Source: an uncultured bacterium (GTDB lineage Bacteria; Bacillota_I; Bacilli_A; RF39; UBA660). From it: 49,493 bases of DNA. Each line of letters opens with the position of its first letter. Position 1 is the stretch's first letter. Positions 16,437 to 27,854 of the stretch are shown here, piece after piece. Both the position numbers and the translations under genes were made by a program. The notes below the pieces were generated by a model. It saw only the letters and a program-made list of their open reading frames with translations. It was not told where the DNA came from and did not search any database. The stretch spans positions 1-49,493 of the forward strand of contig CALMHN010000068.1 of the NCBI GenBank assembly GCA_937863745.1, in the 5' to 3' direction.

Positions 16437-19067
16437 TTCAATAACATCTGAATTATTAACTTCATCGTCATTATTTTGTTGATCAATTGAATCATCATTT
16501 TCTAATTCGTCTACTATACTTATTGTAGATACATATTGATCATCTTTTACATTCATTAATTTAACACCTTGAGTTACTCTACTTAATTGAGATATTTGGT
16601 TAACAGGTATTCTTATAATCATTCCTGATTCAGTAATAATTAATAAGTCTTTATCATCTGTAACTATTTTATGACCGATCATCATACCATTTTTCTCAGT
16701 TATTTTAAGGGCTAATACGCCTTTACTTCCACGTTTAGTCTCTCTATATTCACTTACTAGTGTTCTCTTACCATATCCGTTCTTAGATACTATTAATAGG
16801 TTGTCATCGCTTCTACCAACTTCCATACCAGTACAAATTGCACCGTCTAGATTGATTCCTCTGACTCCTGTTGCAGTTCTTCCCATTGGTCTAACTTCTG
16901 ACTCATCAAAAATTGCCATCTTACCTGATGTTGCTCCCATGATTACTTTCATGTTTCCATCAGTTAATTTAACATCTATTAATTCATCATCATCTCTTAA
17001 TGTAATAGCTATCTTACCAGATTTTCTAATATTCATATATTCTTCATTAGCTGTTTTCTTTATTATTCCATTCTTTGTTGCAAATATAGTATATTTCAAA
17101 TCATTATTGGCTGATACATCAAGTATTGCACTAACTTTCTCATCCTTTTCAATTTGAATAAGATTAATAATTGGCAATCCCTTAGCAGTTCTGCTATATT
17201 CAGGAATTTCATATCCTTTTAATCTATATATCTTACCTTTATTTGTAAATATGCAGATATAATCATGTGTTGATGAATTAATCAAGAATTTTACGTAATC
17301 TTCTTCGTTTGTTGACATTCCCTTTACACCAACACCGCCTCTGTTTTGAGTTTTATAAGTATCAGCATTTAATCTCTTAATATACCCTTTATCAGTAAGT
17401 GTTATTATGATATTTTCTTCAGGAATTAATGACTCGTCCTCAATATAATCAATTGCTGTCATATCAATATAAGTTCTTCTTTCATCACCATATTTATTGG
17501 CAATTTCAAGTAATTCGTTTTTAATAATTTCGCATACTTTCGCATCAGAATTTAATATTTCATTGTATTCAGCTATAAGTTTCATTAACATATCTTTTTC
17601 TTCTAGTAATTTATCTAGTTCAAGACCAGTTAACTTTCTTAATCTCATTTGAAGAATATCTGTAGCTTGAATATCATCTAATCCATATTTTTCTTCTAAT
17701 CTTTGTTTTGCTATTATTTCGGTTCTAGATCCTCTTATTATCTTAACAAAATCATCAATATTATTAATGGCTGTTATTTGACCATCAATGATATGTACTC
17801 TTTTTTCAGCTTCAGCTAAGTCGTATCTTGTTCTTCTAATAATTACTTCTTTTTGATAATCAACATATTTAGTTAAAATATCTTTTAATCCTAATGTTTT
17901 AGGTATTCCTTGATCAAGCATTAATAAGTTAATACCATATGTAATTTGTAATGGCGTTTTCTTATATAAATTGTTTAATACAACATTTGGATTTGCTTCT
18001 TTTTTAAGAGTAACAACGATTTTAATACCATTTTCAATGTTTGTTTCTTCATGTAAGTCTGATATTCCATCTAATTGTTTATCTCTTACTAATTCTGCTA
18101 TTTTTTGTTGGAATTCCTTCTTATTTACTCCATAAGGTATTTCAGTAATTACTATTAAATTTTTATTTGCATGTTCTTCAATAGCAACTTTACCTCTTAA
18201 AGTAATTGTACCTTTTCCTGTTTCATAAGCCCTAGTAATACCAGAGTTGCCAAGAATTACGGCACCTGTTGGGAAATCTGGACCTTTAATATATTGCATT
18301 AATTCAGGTAATTCTATATCATGATTATCAATTACAGCAATACATCCATTTACTACTTCTTTTAAATTATGAGGTGGTATGTTTGTTGCCATACCTACTG
18401 CAATTCCCATTGTTCCATTTACTAGAATATTAGGAAATCTACTTGGTAAAACAACTGGTTCTTTAGCTGTAGCATCAAAGTTATCACTAAAATCTACTGT
18501 ATCTTTTTTAATATCTCTTAACATTTCTAGAGAAATTTTTGATAATCTAGCTTCAGTATAACGCATGGCTGCTGCACCATCGCCATCCATTGATCCAAAG
18601 TTACCATGTCCTTCAATTAGTGGTGCACGATAACTAAAGTCTTGGGCCATCCTAACCATTGCATCATATATTGATGAATCGCCATGTGGATGGTATTTAC
18701 CCATTACATTACCAACTGTAGTAGCTGATTTTCTAAAAGGTTTATCTGGTGTAATACCACTTTCATACATTGAATATAATATTCTTCTATGAACTGGTTT
18801 TAAACCATCCCTTAAATCTGGTAAGGCACGAGCAACGATAACACTCATGGAATAATCCAAGAATGAATCTTTTATTTCTTTTACAATATCATTTTGTAAT
18901 ATTTCGCCTTTTGGTAAACTATCATCTTCATTATTTGATTCTGATGAATCATCCTCTATATTTTCAGGATTAACATCTTCAAAGTTTTCAACATCTTCTG
19001 GTGTTTCTTCTTCAATATTATCTAATTCGTCATTATCATCATAACTATCTATATTATTATCTTCCAT
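16428..19067 (-). CDS. gyrA: DNA gyrase subunit A
   Basis: 879 aa. [16 protein letters not shown], active-site region AAMRYTE, GyrA-box/beta-pinwheel C-terminal domain, acidic N- and C-terminal tails. Confidence 0.96.
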   Translation of the reverse strand: MEDNNIDSYDDNDELDNIEEETPEDVENFEDVNPENIEDDSSESNNEDDSLPKGEILQNDIVKEIKDSFLDYSMSVIVARALPDLRDGLKPVHRRILYSMYESGITPDKPFRKSATTVGNVMGKYHPHGDSSIYDAMVRMAQDFSYRAPLIEGHGNFGSMDGDGAAAMRYTEARLSKISLEMLRDIKKDTVDFSDNFDATAKEPVVLPSRFPNILVNGTMGIAVGMATNIPPHNLKEVVNGCIAVIDNHDIELPELMQYIKGPDFPTGAVILGNSGITRAYETGKGTITLRGKVAIEEHANKNLIVITEIPYGVNKKEFQQKIAELVRDKQLDGISDLHEETNIENGIKIVVTLKKEANPNVVLNNLYKKTPLQITYGINLLMLDQGIPKTLGLKDILTKYVDYQKEVIIRRTRYDLAEAEKRVHIIDGQITAINNIDDFVKIIRGSRTEIIAKQRLEEKYGLDDIQATDILQMRLRKLTGLELDKLLEEKDMLMKLIAEYNEILNSDAKVCEIIKNELLEIANKYGDERRTYIDMTAIDYIEDESLIPEENIIITLTDKGYIKRLNADTYKTQNRGGVGVKGMSTNEEDYVKFLINSSTHDYICIFTNKGKIYRLKGYEIPEYSRTAKGLPIINLIQIEKDEKVSAILDVSANNDLKYTIFATKNGIIKKTANEEYMNIRKSGKIAITLRDDDELIDVKLTDGNMKVIMGATSGKMAIFDESEVRPMGRTATGVRGINLDGAICTGMEVGRSDDNLLIVSKNGYGKRTLVSEYRETKRGSKGVLALKITEKNGMMIGHKIVTDDKDLLIITESGMIIRIPVNQISQLSRVTQGVKLMNVKDDQYVSTISIVDELENDDSIDQQNNDDEVNNSDVIEEA

Positions 19068-19077
19068 ACCTTACCTC

Positions 19078-21006
19078 CTATATATCTAGGTTATTAACAT
19101 AACCTGCATTTGAAACTATAAACTCTTTACGTGGATCAACATCATCACTCATTAGTAAGTTAAATGCTGCATCAGCAGCCATTGCATCATCAACAGTGAT
19201 TTGTTTTAATACTCTATGATTTTTGCTCATTGTTGTATCTCTTAATTCAATTGGATCCATTTCTCCTAAACCCTTGAAACGATTAACTATTTTTGAATTT
19301 TGATATTTTTCAGGAATTTCCTTTAATATTTTAGCTAACTCGTCATCGGTTTGAACTAATTTTGTTGTTTTACCATATGTTACCTTATATAAAGGTGGTT
19401 GAGCGGCATAAACAAATCCTCCGTCAACAACTGGTTTAAAGAATCTATAGAATAATGTTAATAATAACGTTCTAATATGAGCACCATCAACATCGGCATC
19501 AGTCATGATAATAATCTTATGATATCTCAATTTAGAAATATCTATATCATTACCTATTCCTGTACCAAAAGCAGTAATCATACTTTTTATTTCTTCGTTA
19601 TTAAGGGCACGATCAAGTCTTGCCTTTTCAACATTTAATATTTTACCTCTTAAAGGTAATACTGCTTGAGTCATATAATCTCTACCCATTTTAGCAGAGC
19701 CACCAGCGGAATCACCCTCGACTATAAATATTTCGCATTCACTTGGATCCTTACTCTTACAATCTGTAAGTTTTCCCATGAAATTAATATTATCTAATCC
19801 TGTTTTTCTTCTAGTTGTTTCTCTAGCCTTTTTAGCAGCAATTCTAGCTTGTGAAGCTAATATACATTTATCAATAATTATTTTAGCTTGGGTAGGATTT
19901 TCCATTAAAAATCTTTCGAATTCAGAGGTAAAAACATCAGATGTTATTTTACGAACTTCACTATTACCTAATTTGGTTTTTGTTTGTCCTTCAAATTGTG
20001 GATCTGGATGTTTACATGAAACGATCATTGTTAATCCTTCAAGTACATCATCTTGTTTTAATGATTCATCTTTATCTTTTAGATAGTTTTTACTCTTAGC
20101 ATAATTATTAATTACCTTAGCCAAAGCAAATTTTGCACCATCTTCGTGTGTTCCACCTTCTATAGTATGGATATTATTAGTAAATGAATAAATATTAGTA
20201 TTGTATCCATCATTGTATTGGAAGGCTACTTCTATTATGATATCGTCTTCTTTACCTTCAAAATATACAATATCATGTAATCCTGTTTTATTTTTATTTA
20301 ATAATTGAATATATTCAGATATACCACCTTCATAGTTATATGCTTCTCTTCTTACTTTTTCTTCTCTTTCATCTACTAAAGTAATTCTTAATCCTTTATT
20401 TAGGAAAGCTAGTTCTCTTAATCTTTGTTGTAATGTATCAAAGTTATAAACAGTAGTTTCTTTAAAAATTTCAGGATCAGCTTTAAATCTTACTTGAGTT
20501 CCATGAACATTTTCATCGCATGAATCAATTATTGTTAAAGCACCAACAGCGTGTCCCCCTTTTTCAAACCTTTGAAAATAAACGTGACCATCTCTATATA
20601 CTTTAACTTCAAGCCATGTTGATAAGGCATTTACAACTGAGGCACCTACTCCATGTAGTCCACCGGATACTTTATATCCTCCACCACCGAATTTTCCTCC
20701 AGCATGTAATATAGTAAAGATTGTTTCGATAGTCGATAAACCTGTTTTGGAATTAATACCTGTTGGCATTCCTCTTCCATCATCTTGAACTGAAATTATA
20801 TTACCATCTTCAATTGTTACTTGAATGTTTTTACAAAATCCAGCTAAAGCTTCATCAACTGAGTTATCAACAATTTCCCAAACTAAATGATGTAATCCTC
20901 TTTCACTAGTTGTACCTATGTACATTCCAGGTCTCTTTCTTACTGCTTCCAAACCTTCAAGAACTTGTATTTCGCTATCGTCATAAGCATCTATTTCATT
21001 TTTCAT
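19078..21006 (-). CDS. gyrB: DNA gyrase subunit B
   Basis: [20 protein letters not shown] ATPase, Toprim [16 protein letters not shown]. Start set at the ATG at 21006 (MKNEID) behind AGGAGG; the track's 21030 start lies inside recF. Confidence 0.95.
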   Translation of the reverse strand: MKNEIDAYDDSEIQVLEGLEAVRKRPGMYIGTTSERGLHHLVWEIVDNSVDEALAGFCKNIQVTIEDGNIISVQDDGRGMPTGINSKTGLSTIETIFTILHAGGKFGGGGYKVSGGLHGVGASVVNALSTWLEVKVYRDGHVYFQRFEKGGHAVGALTIIDSCDENVHGTQVRFKADPEIFKETTVYNFDTLQQRLRELAFLNKGLRITLVDEREEKVRREAYNYEGGISEYIQLLNKNKTGLHDIVYFEGKEDDIIIEVAFQYNDGYNTNIYSFTNNIHTIEGGTHEDGAKFALAKVINNYAKSKNYLKDKDESLKQDDVLEGLTMIVSCKHPDPQFEGQTKTKLGNSEVRKITSDVFTSEFERFLMENPTQAKIIIDKCILASQARIAAKKARETTRRKTGLDNINFMGKLTDCKSKDPSECEIFIVEGDSAGGSAKMGRDYMTQAVLPLRGKILNVEKARLDRALNNEEIKSMITAFGTGIGNDIDISKLRYHKIIIMTDADVDGAHIRTLLLTLFYRFFKPVVDGGFVYAAQPPLYKVTYGKTTKLVQTDDELAKILKEIPEKYQNSKIVNRFKGLGEMDPIELRDTTMSKNHRVLKQITVDDAMAADAAFNLLMSDDVDPRKEFIVSNAGYVNNLDI

Positions 21007-22096
21007 ATTTTTCCTCCTTAACAATACCATTCTTTATTTTAAAAATTGTACTACCGTTTTTAATTTTCTTTGATAATTTATTCAATTCAGTCGTAGTTAT
21101 AAATGTTTGTATATCATCATTTATAAACTCAAGAATATTATTTATTTTCTTTTTATCCAATTCACTAAATAGATCATCTAATATTAAGATTGGTGTTACA
21201 TTTTTTTTAGCTTCAAATATGTCTATTTCAGCCATTTTTAGGGATATAATTGCATTTTTTTGTTCACCTTCAGAACTAAAGTCTTTCATTATCTTTCCAT
21301 TTAGTTCAAATATGAAATCATCATGATGAATTCCAATATTGGTTTTTCCTAAAGCCATATCCCTGTCTTTAGTTTTATTATATTCTTTTTGTAATTGTTC
21401 TTTAGTCTTATTATTATAATCTGAATTATATAATAATTTTAGTCCTGGTTTTAAGGCAATACTCTGGTAATTTTTTTCAATAAATGGTTGTAATTCATTA
21501 ATAAAATCCAAACGATATTTATTAATTTCTAAACCCAAATCAATGATTTTATCAGTTAAGATGTCTAAAAAACTAGTAGATATATTACTATTAAAATATA
21601 ACATTTTTAAATATTGATTCCTTTGTTTAAGAATCCTATTATAGGAAGATAATAATTTTAAATAATCATTACTTAATTGTGATAATTCAATATTAATTAA
21701 TCTTCTTCTTGTATTTGGTGTATCTTTTATTAGTTTAAGATCTTCTGATGTAAATAATACAATATTTATATTAGATAAGTAATCACTTACCTTAGCAATT
21801 TTATTGTTATCAATTTTAACTATTTTACCATCTTTAGTTAGAGTTACTTTGTATTTACTTTTATAATGATCTTTTACTGTTCCTTCAATGTTGGTACAGT
21901 CCTCATTATATTTAATAATTACATCTTCTTTTGAACCTCTAAAAGATTTGGTAAAAGCTAAAACGTAGATAGCTTCAATAATATTTGTCTTACCTACTCC
22001 ATTTTCTCCTATTATAATATTTTTAGATTGATTAAAATTTAATTTTAATGACTGATAATTTCTAAAATTGTTAAGTTTCAAATTTAGAATTTTCAT
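20996..22096 (-). CDS. recF: DNA replication/repair protein RecF
   Basis: NFRNY, Walker [11 protein letters not shown], signature [17 protein letters not shown]. Confidence 0.92.
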   Translation of the reverse strand: MKILNLKLNNFRNYQSLKLNFNQSKNIIIGENGVGKTNIIEAIYVLAFTKSFRGSKEDVIIKYNEDCTNIEGTVKDHYKSKYKVTLTKDGKIVKIDNNKIAKVSDYLSNINIVLFTSEDLKLIKDTPNTRRRLINIELSQLSNDYLKLLSSYNRILKQRNQYLKMLYFNSNISTSFLDILTDKIIDLGLEINKYRLDFINELQPFIEKNYQSIALKPGLKLLYNSDYNNKTKEQLQKEYNKTKDRDMALGKTNIGIHHDDFIFELNGKIMKDFSSEGEQKNAIISLKMAEIDIFEAKKNVTPILILDDLFSELDKKKINNILEFINDDIQTFITTTELNKLSKKIKNGSTIFKIKNGIVKEEKYEK

Positions 22097-22184
22097 TTTA
22101 ACCCCCTAAAAATAAGTTCTAACAGTATTTTATACTTTTTAGGTACACTGATACATAAATAAATTATATCATAAAAAAAGGTTT

Positions 22185-22213
22185 AAAAACACAAAAACAT
22201 GAGTTTTACTCAT
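22185..22213 (-). terminator. terminator after the ComK-like gene
   Basis: Minus strand ATGAGTAAAACTCAT followed by GTTTTTGTGTTTTT. The stem includes the stop codon. Confidence 0.5.
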
Positions 22214-22655
22214 ATTTTCTTACTATTTTTGATCCTAATCTAGTTGCTCTTAATACTTGGTTATTTAAAATGTTCTTTGATACATCTATTTCAATACTAG
22301 TATTATTAATAAATTTTATAATACTTATATTTTTACTATTGTCAAATGTATAATTATCTATATTATTAAGACTTAACCATGAACATTCTTTCAACCTTGG
22401 ACTAGATGTAGGAAAAAATATTATATTTTCTTTGTCGGCAATACAAATTGGTGCTTTATAAGTATATCCTGTTAATTGCTCAGTTCCCTTTATTCTTCCA
22501 TCAAAACTACTTCCATGATACATACAATTTCTTTTAATTATATTATTTGGTTTCTTATTTACTATAATAACGTTATTATGTTCATATACTAATGAATTAT
22601 GAATACCAAATGGTAAAATTGCTAATGTTTTATCTGTAATTATGTAATCTTTCAT
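22206..22655 (-). CDS. comK: ComK-family protein (short form)
   Basis: Aligns by eye to B. subtilis ComK. TLAILPF matches ATIAVLPE, and RNCMYHGSSFDGRIKGT matches RSCRFFGSSYAGRKAGT. IFFPTSSPRLKECSWLS matches IFLFPTLSSTRPQCGWIS, and NNQVLRATRL matches ENQVYRTAWL. It lacks the C-terminal ~40 aa of ComK. Confidence 0.6.
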   Translation of the reverse strand: MKDYIITDKTLAILPFGIHNSLVYEHNNVIIVNKKPNNIIKRNCMYHGSSFDGRIKGTEQLTGYTYKAPICIADKENIIFFPTSSPRLKECSWLSLNNIDNYTFDNSKNISIIKFINNTSIEIDVSKNILNNQVLRATRLGSKIVRKYE

Positions 22656-22700
22656 TTTCTTCTCCTTTCACAATTTAAAATAGCAAATTTAAATTAGAAA

Positions 22701-22720
22701 AAAAGTCGATAAAAGTCGAT
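22701..22720. repeat. exact tandem 10-bp direct repeat upstream of the ComK-like gene
   Basis: AAAAGTCGAT AAAAGTCGAT, 46 bp upstream of the ComK-like start codon and just downstream of the dnaN terminator. Confidence 0.6.
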
Positions 22721-22731
22721 AATTGGCGAAT

Positions 22732-22754
22732 AAAAAAAGGATTTTTAAAATCCT
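22732..22754 (-). terminator. dnaN intrinsic terminator
   Basis: Minus strand AGGATTTTAAAAATCCT followed by TTTTTTT, immediately after the dnaN stop. Confidence 0.6.
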
Positions 22755-22755
22755 C

Positions 22756-23895
22756 TTAGTATGTTTTAATTGGTAATATTAATTGTATTAATGATTCATC
22801 CTTAATATTTTTAATTACTATAGGTTTAGAATCTGTATTCATAAATAATACTACTTCTTCTTCATTAAATGAATTTAAGGCTTCTAGCATATATTTAGCA
22901 CTGTAGCTTATAGATACTGGTTCAGTTACATTTCTCTTAACTGTAAGCTTATTTTCGGCTTTTCCTGTCTCACTTGAATAAGAACTTACAATTAATTCAT
23001 TGTTAGATAAATCCATTTTTACAATATTTTTTTCTTTTCCTAGAGTTAATAAAGCTGCTCCATCAATTGTATCATATAGATTTTTTAAATTAGCAGTTAC
23101 AATATGAGTAAATTCTGTAGGAATAAAGTTTGAAGTATTAGGATACTCTCCATTTAATAAATTTGATTGAAATGCTAAATTCTTGAATTTAAACATTATT
23201 TTCTTTGGATATATATGTATTTCTACATTGCTATCATCATCTGATAATATTTTTGATAGTTCATTAATATTATTTCCAGGAACAACGATATTTACTGAAT
23301 CATCGTATGTTTCCTCCAAATTAATATTCTTTTTAGCTAATCTATAAGAATCTGTTGCTACACATTCTAGACAATTTCCATTAATTTTTATGTTTAATCC
23401 TGTTAATAAAGGTCTAGATGGTTGATCAGATATTGCAAATATAGTTTGATTAATCATTTCTTTTAACTTACTAGACTTGATATTGATATGATTTTTACTA
23501 TCATCAAAGTCTATTTCAGGGTAATCCATACTATTTAAACAGTTCAAACTATAATTACGATAATTATCACTTTCAGAATTTCCTGAATATATTGCTATTT
23601 TAAAGTCATCTATTACTTCAAAGTTAATAATATTTGTAGGCATTTTTCTTATAATATCTAATAATATTTTACTAGTAATAATTATTATTCCTTCAGATTC
23701 AATGCTTTCTATTTTATCTCTAGGTATTAATGATCTTATAGTTAAGTTAGAATCACTTGCTGTAAGTAATAATCCTTCTTTACCTAGTTCAAATTTAATA
23801 CCATTTAATATAGGTATTATATTCTTAGCAGATATAGCTCTACTAACATTTGTTAATTCTTCTAATATTGTATTTTTATTAATTGAAAATTTCAT
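22756..23895 (-). CDS. dnaN: DNA polymerase III beta sliding clamp
   Basis: 379 aa. MKFSINKNTILE start and three-domain length. The dnaA-dnaN order is conserved. Confidence 0.95.
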   Translation of the reverse strand: MKFSINKNTILEELTNVSRAISAKNIIPILNGIKFELGKEGLLLTASDSNLTIRSLIPRDKIESIESEGIIIITSKILLDIIRKMPTNIINFEVIDDFKIAIYSGNSESDNYRNYSLNCLNSMDYPEIDFDDSKNHINIKSSKLKEMINQTIFAISDQPSRPLLTGLNIKINGNCLECVATDSYRLAKKNINLEETYDDSVNIVVPGNNINELSKILSDDDSNVEIHIYPKKIMFKFKNLAFQSNLLNGEYPNTSNFIPTEFTHIVTANLKNLYDTIDGAALLTLGKEKNIVKMDLSNNELIVSSYSSETGKAENKLTVKRNVTEPVSISYSAKYMLEALNSFNEEEVVLFMNTDSKPIVIKNIKDESLIQLILPIKTY

Positions 23896-24034
23896 TTATA
23901 TTTCCTTCTTTCTTATTATTCTTTATTTATTATTGGCGTTGAAAATGTTTATAACTTAATATTTATGCACATTATCGTTACTTTCTATATGATTTTATTA
24001 ATTTTTTTTGTTAATAAATATCATTTTTTCAACA
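23896..24034. other. oriC: dnaA-dnaN intergenic part of oriC (candidate DUE plus DnaA boxes)
   Basis: TTATGCACA at 23963-23971 (1 mismatch to TTATCCACA) and TTTTCAACA at 24026-24034. Very AT-rich tract GATTTTATTAATTTTTTTTGTTAATAAATATCATTTTTT at 23990-24028. Confidence 0.45.
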
Positions 24035-25417
24035 TTAACTTATTATTTTTTCTTTAATTTCTTTAATTTGTTTTCTTATATCTTCACTTGTTTTATATTC
24101 TTCTTCTATTTTATCACATGAATGAAGTACTGTTGCATGGTCTCGATTGAATTCCAAGCCTATTCTTTGAATTGTTTCATCCGTTGTCATTTTACATATA
24201 TACATGGCTATTTGCCTTGCATTGTTAATATTTGCTGTCCTTTTTTTACTTTTAAGGGCATCTTCCGTTATATCATAGTATTCAGCTACTGCTTTGATAA
24301 TCTTTGCTATATTATTGGTTAAATACATAGTACTTGTTAAGATATCTTTTAAAGCATCTTTAGCAAATTCTAGATTAATTCTAGGTGGTTTATATATTGT
24401 ATAGTAAGCAGTAAGTCTTAAAATTGATGATTCTAGGTGTCTTACATCTGAATCTAAGTTGTTTGCAACGTATTCTAGGACATCATCATCCGTTAGCCTT
24501 GATATTTCTTGACCTGCTATTTTATTTTTTAATATATTTAATCTTAATTCATAGTCAGGAGGCATGATATTTACACTTAGTCCCCAGGCAAATCTCGTTC
24601 TTAAACGTAATTCTAGGACCTTAAGGTCATCTGGAGATCTATCTGATGATATTATTATTTGTTTATTTAAATCATGTAAGAAATTAAATGTTTCAAAGAA
24701 CTCACTTTGAGTTTGATTTGCACCACCTAATTGTTGAATATCATCGATTATTAGGACATCTATATTACGATATTTATCTTTAAAATGTTTAACTAAATCT
24801 AAATTATCTTCGTTGGCTCCTCGCCTACTTATATCCGTAAAATCGGTAATAAATTGTTCACTTCTTATATATAGAACAGATTTATTACTATTATCTACTA
24901 TATAATTACCTATGGCATTCATAAGATGTGTTTTTCCTAATCCACTTCTACCATATATAAATAAAGGATTATAGATAGTTCCTGGGTGTTCCGCAACTTG
25001 TAGAGCTACTGTTTGCGCTAATCTATTTGAATCCCCTACTACAAAATTATCAAAAGTTAGGTCTTTTTTTAGATTACTATTGGCATTTTTATATTCTAAC
25101 TCATCAATATTATCTATAGTATCGTCTATATTGTTGATAATTGGGGACTTTTGAACATTATTGTCTTTAATTTCTGATGGTGTAATCACTTCTATTAAAT
25201 ATTCTTTGTTTGTTATGGCTTTTGCAGCCTCTTCCATTAGATCCATGTAATATTCTTTTACATAATCTTTATAATAAGTGGATTCAACTTCTAAAGTAAT
25301 TGTATCTTCCGTTTTTTCGTGTAATTTGGCGTTTTTAAACCAGGTATTGAATGACATACTGGTCAATTTGTCGCTTATATAACTAATAAATTCGTCCCAA
25401 AAAGAATCGTTACTCAT
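24035..25417 (-). CDS. dnaA: chromosomal replication initiator DnaA
   Basis: 460 aa. Walker A GRSGLGKTHL, IDDIQ, the sensor region, and C-terminal domain IV DHATVLH. Confidence 0.97.
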   Translation of the reverse strand: MSNDSFWDEFISYISDKLTSMSFNTWFKNAKLHEKTEDTITLEVESTYYKDYVKEYYMDLMEEAAKAITNKEYLIEVITPSEIKDNNVQKSPIINNIDDTIDNIDELEYKNANSNLKKDLTFDNFVVGDSNRLAQTVALQVAEHPGTIYNPLFIYGRSGLGKTHLMNAIGNYIVDNSNKSVLYIRSEQFITDFTDISRRGANEDNLDLVKHFKDKYRNIDVLIIDDIQQLGGANQTQSEFFETFNFLHDLNKQIIISSDRSPDDLKVLELRLRTRFAWGLSVNIMPPDYELRLNILKNKIAGQEISRLTDDDVLEYVANNLDSDVRHLESSILRLTAYYTIYKPPRINLEFAKDALKDILTSTMYLTNNIAKIIKAVAEYYDITEDALKSKKRTANINNARQIAMYICKMTTDETIQRIGLEFNRDHATVLHSCDKIEEEYKTSEDIRKQIKEIKEKIIS

Positions 25418-25464
25418 CCAATCACCCCGTCCAAGTTTTAACTAATTAAATAATAAATCATAAA

Positions 25465-25650
25465 TGTTGAAAAATAAAGAAAATTAGTATGTTAAAAAGT
25501 TTTCCATAAGTTATTAACTAATTTATCAACAAGTTATTGCCTATAATAACGCACTTTGTTAGGGTTTTCAACGTTTTCAACAAATTTTTATTAATTGTTA
25601 TAAAATTGTCAACAGTAATTATCAACAATTAACGTTGAAAGTGTTCACAA
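25465..25650. promoter_or_regulatory. oriC: DnaA-box cluster upstream of dnaA (oriC, rpmH-dnaA spacer)
   Basis: TTATCAACA at 25523-25531 and 25619-25627. TTTTCCATA at 25500-25508, TTTTCAACA at 25574-25582, TTGTCAACA at 25606-25614, and TGTTGAAAA (reverse complement TTTTCAACA) at about 25465. All are within 1-2 mismatches of TTATCCACA. Confidence 0.6.
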
Positions 25651-25683
25651 ATATAAATATGTACGTATTTACGTTATTTTTAG

Positions 25684-25712
25684 TTGACTTAAAATGTTCG
25701 TTATTATATAAT
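25684..25712 (+). promoter_or_regulatory. rpmH promoter
   Basis: TTGACT-17 bp-TATAAT. The dyad ACGTATTTACGT lies just upstream at 25663-25674. Confidence 0.65.
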
Positions 25713-25742
25713 ATCGTTACTTGAGATGTGGAGGTGTAACAA

Positions 25743-25865
25743 ATGAAAAGAACTTTTCAACCTAATAATAGAAAAATGGCTAAAAAACATGGTTTCTTTG
25801 CACGTAAAAATTCTAAAATTTTAAAATCAAGAAGAGCAAAAGGACGTAAGGTACTTTGCAAATAA
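25743..25865 (+). CDS. rpmH: 50S ribosomal protein L34
   Basis: Not in the ORF track (40 aa). Hand translation [48 protein letters not shown]. Confidence 0.92.
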   Translation: MKRTFQPNNRKMAKKHGFFARKNSKILKSRRAKGRKVLCK

Positions 25866-25870
25866 AATAG

Positions 25871-25889
25871 CCACATATGTGGTTTTTTT
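25871..25889 (+). terminator. hairpin plus T-run after rpmH (partial terminator/attenuator)
   Basis: CCACATATGTGG followed by TTTTTTT. Confidence 0.55.
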
Positions 25890-25911
25890 AATAGATTTTT
25901 ATGGAGGATTC

Positions 25912-26235
25912 ATGAAAAAATATGAAATTGTTAAAGAACATTCTGATTTTGATAATGTAATTAACAAGGGTAAATCATATAAATGTAAGAGCTATTATAT
26001 ATATTATAAGGATAATGGTTTAGATAATTCACGTTTTGGTTTAGCTGTTAGTAAAAAAATAGGGCATGCTTTTCTTAGAAATAGGATTAAGAGACAACTT
26101 AGGATGATTATTGGTAATAATAAAAATGTATTTCAAAAAGGTATGGATTATATTATAATAGTTAGGAAACACGTGTTAGACATTGATTATAACGAAATGC
26201 AAGATGAATTAATAAGTGTTGTTAAGAATGGGTGA
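25912..26235 (+). CDS. rnpA: ribonuclease P protein component
   Basis: The RNR-like motif LRNRIKRQLR. Start moved to the ATG at 25912 behind GGAGG. Confidence 0.85.
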   Translation: MKKYEIVKEHSDFDNVINKGKSYKCKSYYIYYKDNGLDNSRFGLAVSKKIGHAFLRNRIKRQLRMIIGNNKNVFQKGMDYIIIVRKHVLDIDYNEMQDELISVVKNG

Positions 26236-26239
26236 ATTA

Positions 26240-27178
26240 ATGAAAAATAAAATAAAAAAGGTCATCTTATTGTTACTTGTAGTATTTACTTTAACTGGTT
26301 GTACAAAGACTTTAACAGATGATAATAATGTAAAAATTACAAATGATGAAACTGGACAGGCTTTAACAAGTAATATTTTATGCTTACCTGAGGATGATTA
26401 TTTATATTCTTTATACCAACAAAATGAGAGTAGGTTAGATGTTAATTTAGCTGATTTAACTACTTGTGAAAATATGAAGGTATATGATTCTAATAATTAT
26501 AATGATTTATGGGTTCAAATATTTGTAAGACCTCTTGCTTGGTTAATTATTAAATTAGGTTTGTTTGTTGGTAATTATGGTATATCTGTTATGATAATAG
26601 GAATTTTAATAAGATTAATATTATTACCTTTCTCAATTAAGTCTACTAGACAACAAGAGAATATGACTAAAGCTCAACCTAAGTTAGAAAAAATTGAAAA
26701 GAAATATGCAAATATGGCTGATCAAGAAGCTATGATGAAGAAGAGTCAGGAAACATTAGCTGTATATAAGGAATATAATATTAATCCTATGAGTAGTTGT
26801 GTTCTTGCATTTATTCAGTTGCCTTTATTCTTTGCGTTCCTAGAAGCAATTAATAGGGTACCAGCAATATTTGAAAATAACTTATGGAAATTTCAATTAG
26901 GAACAACTCCTTTATTTGGAATTACTCATGGTAATTATTATTATGTTATATTAATTGTCTTAATTGTTTTATTTACAGTTTTAACATTTATGTCTAGCAT
27001 GAATATGCCAACTGCATCTTCAGAACAAGCTAAACAAACTAAGTTTATGATGATATTTATGATGGTGTTCATTGGAATCGCGTCTTTCCAATTACCATCA
27101 GCTATAGCATTATATTGGGTAGTTACTAATGCATTTAGTGTTATCCAAACATATATTGTTAAGAAAGTAGGTAAGTAA
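26240..27178 (+). CDS. yidC: membrane protein insertase YidC/SpoIIIJ (lipoprotein type)
   Basis: Lipobox LTGC and multiple TM segments. The rnpA-yidC-jag order is conserved. Start at 26240 behind GGGTGA. Confidence 0.9.
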   Translation: MKNKIKKVILLLLVVFTLTGCTKTLTDDNNVKITNDETGQALTSNILCLPEDDYLYSLYQQNESRLDVNLADLTTCENMKVYDSNNYNDLWVQIFVRPLAWLIIKLGLFVGNYGISVMIIGILIRLILLPFSIKSTRQQENMTKAQPKLEKIEKKYANMADQEAMMKKSQETLAVYKEYNINPMSSCVLAFIQLPLFFAFLEAINRVPAIFENNLWKFQLGTTPLFGITHGNYYYVILIVLIVLFTVLTFMSSMNMPTASSEQAKQTKFMMIFMMVFIGIASFQLPSAIALYWVVTNAFSVIQTYIVKKVGK

Positions 27179-27179
27179 T

Positions 27180-27791
27180 ATGAAGGAAAATGTATTTGAA
27201 GGAAAAGATAAAGAAGAGGTTTTAACTAATGGATTACAAGAATTAGGAAAAACTAAAGATGATGTTCTTTATTATGTCACTACTGATAAAGTAGGATTGT
27301 TAAAGAGAGAAGTTACAAAGGTTCATATTGTTGAATTAACTGATGTTGTAACTTTTGTAAAAGATTATCTTACTAGTTTAACTAAGGATATGGGATTAGA
27401 GGTTACTTTTGAAACTAAGATTAGAGAAGGTCAAATTACTATTAGAATGTATTCTAATAATAATAATATTCTAATTGGTCATAATGGAAAAACGCTTCAA
27501 GCTTTAACTACAATTGTTAAGCAAGTTGTTTTCAATAAGATACATACATATCCTTATATCTTATTAGATGTTGAAGATTACAAAGAAAAGCAAGAAAAGT
27601 ACCTAATAAGACTTGCTAAGAATATTGCAAGAGAAGTTAGTGAAACTAAGAATCCTGTAAGTATGGAGAATATGAATTCTTATGAAAGAAGAATAGTTCA
27701 TAATACTTTAGGTGAAGATACAAGAGTTTATACATCAAGTGAAGGTGAAGAACCCAATAGACATGTTGTTGTATACCCAAAAGAGAGTTAA
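27180..27791 (+). CDS. khpB: Jag/KhpB RNA-binding protein (KH plus R3H)
   Basis: C-terminal R3H motif ERRIVHNTL...EGEEPNRHVVV. Confidence 0.85.
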   Translation: MKENVFEGKDKEEVLTNGLQELGKTKDDVLYYVTTDKVGLLKREVTKVHIVELTDVVTFVKDYLTSLTKDMGLEVTFETKIREGQITIRMYSNNNNILIGHNGKTLQALTTIVKQVVFNKIHTYPYILLDVEDYKEKQEKYLIRLAKNIAREVSETKNPVSMENMNSYERRIVHNTLGEDTRVYTSSEGEEPNRHVVVYPKES

Positions 27792-27854
27792 TCTCTTTTT
27801 TTATATACTAAAATAATTTTGTGCTATAATACTTGTGCAAAAGGGGTGAATACC

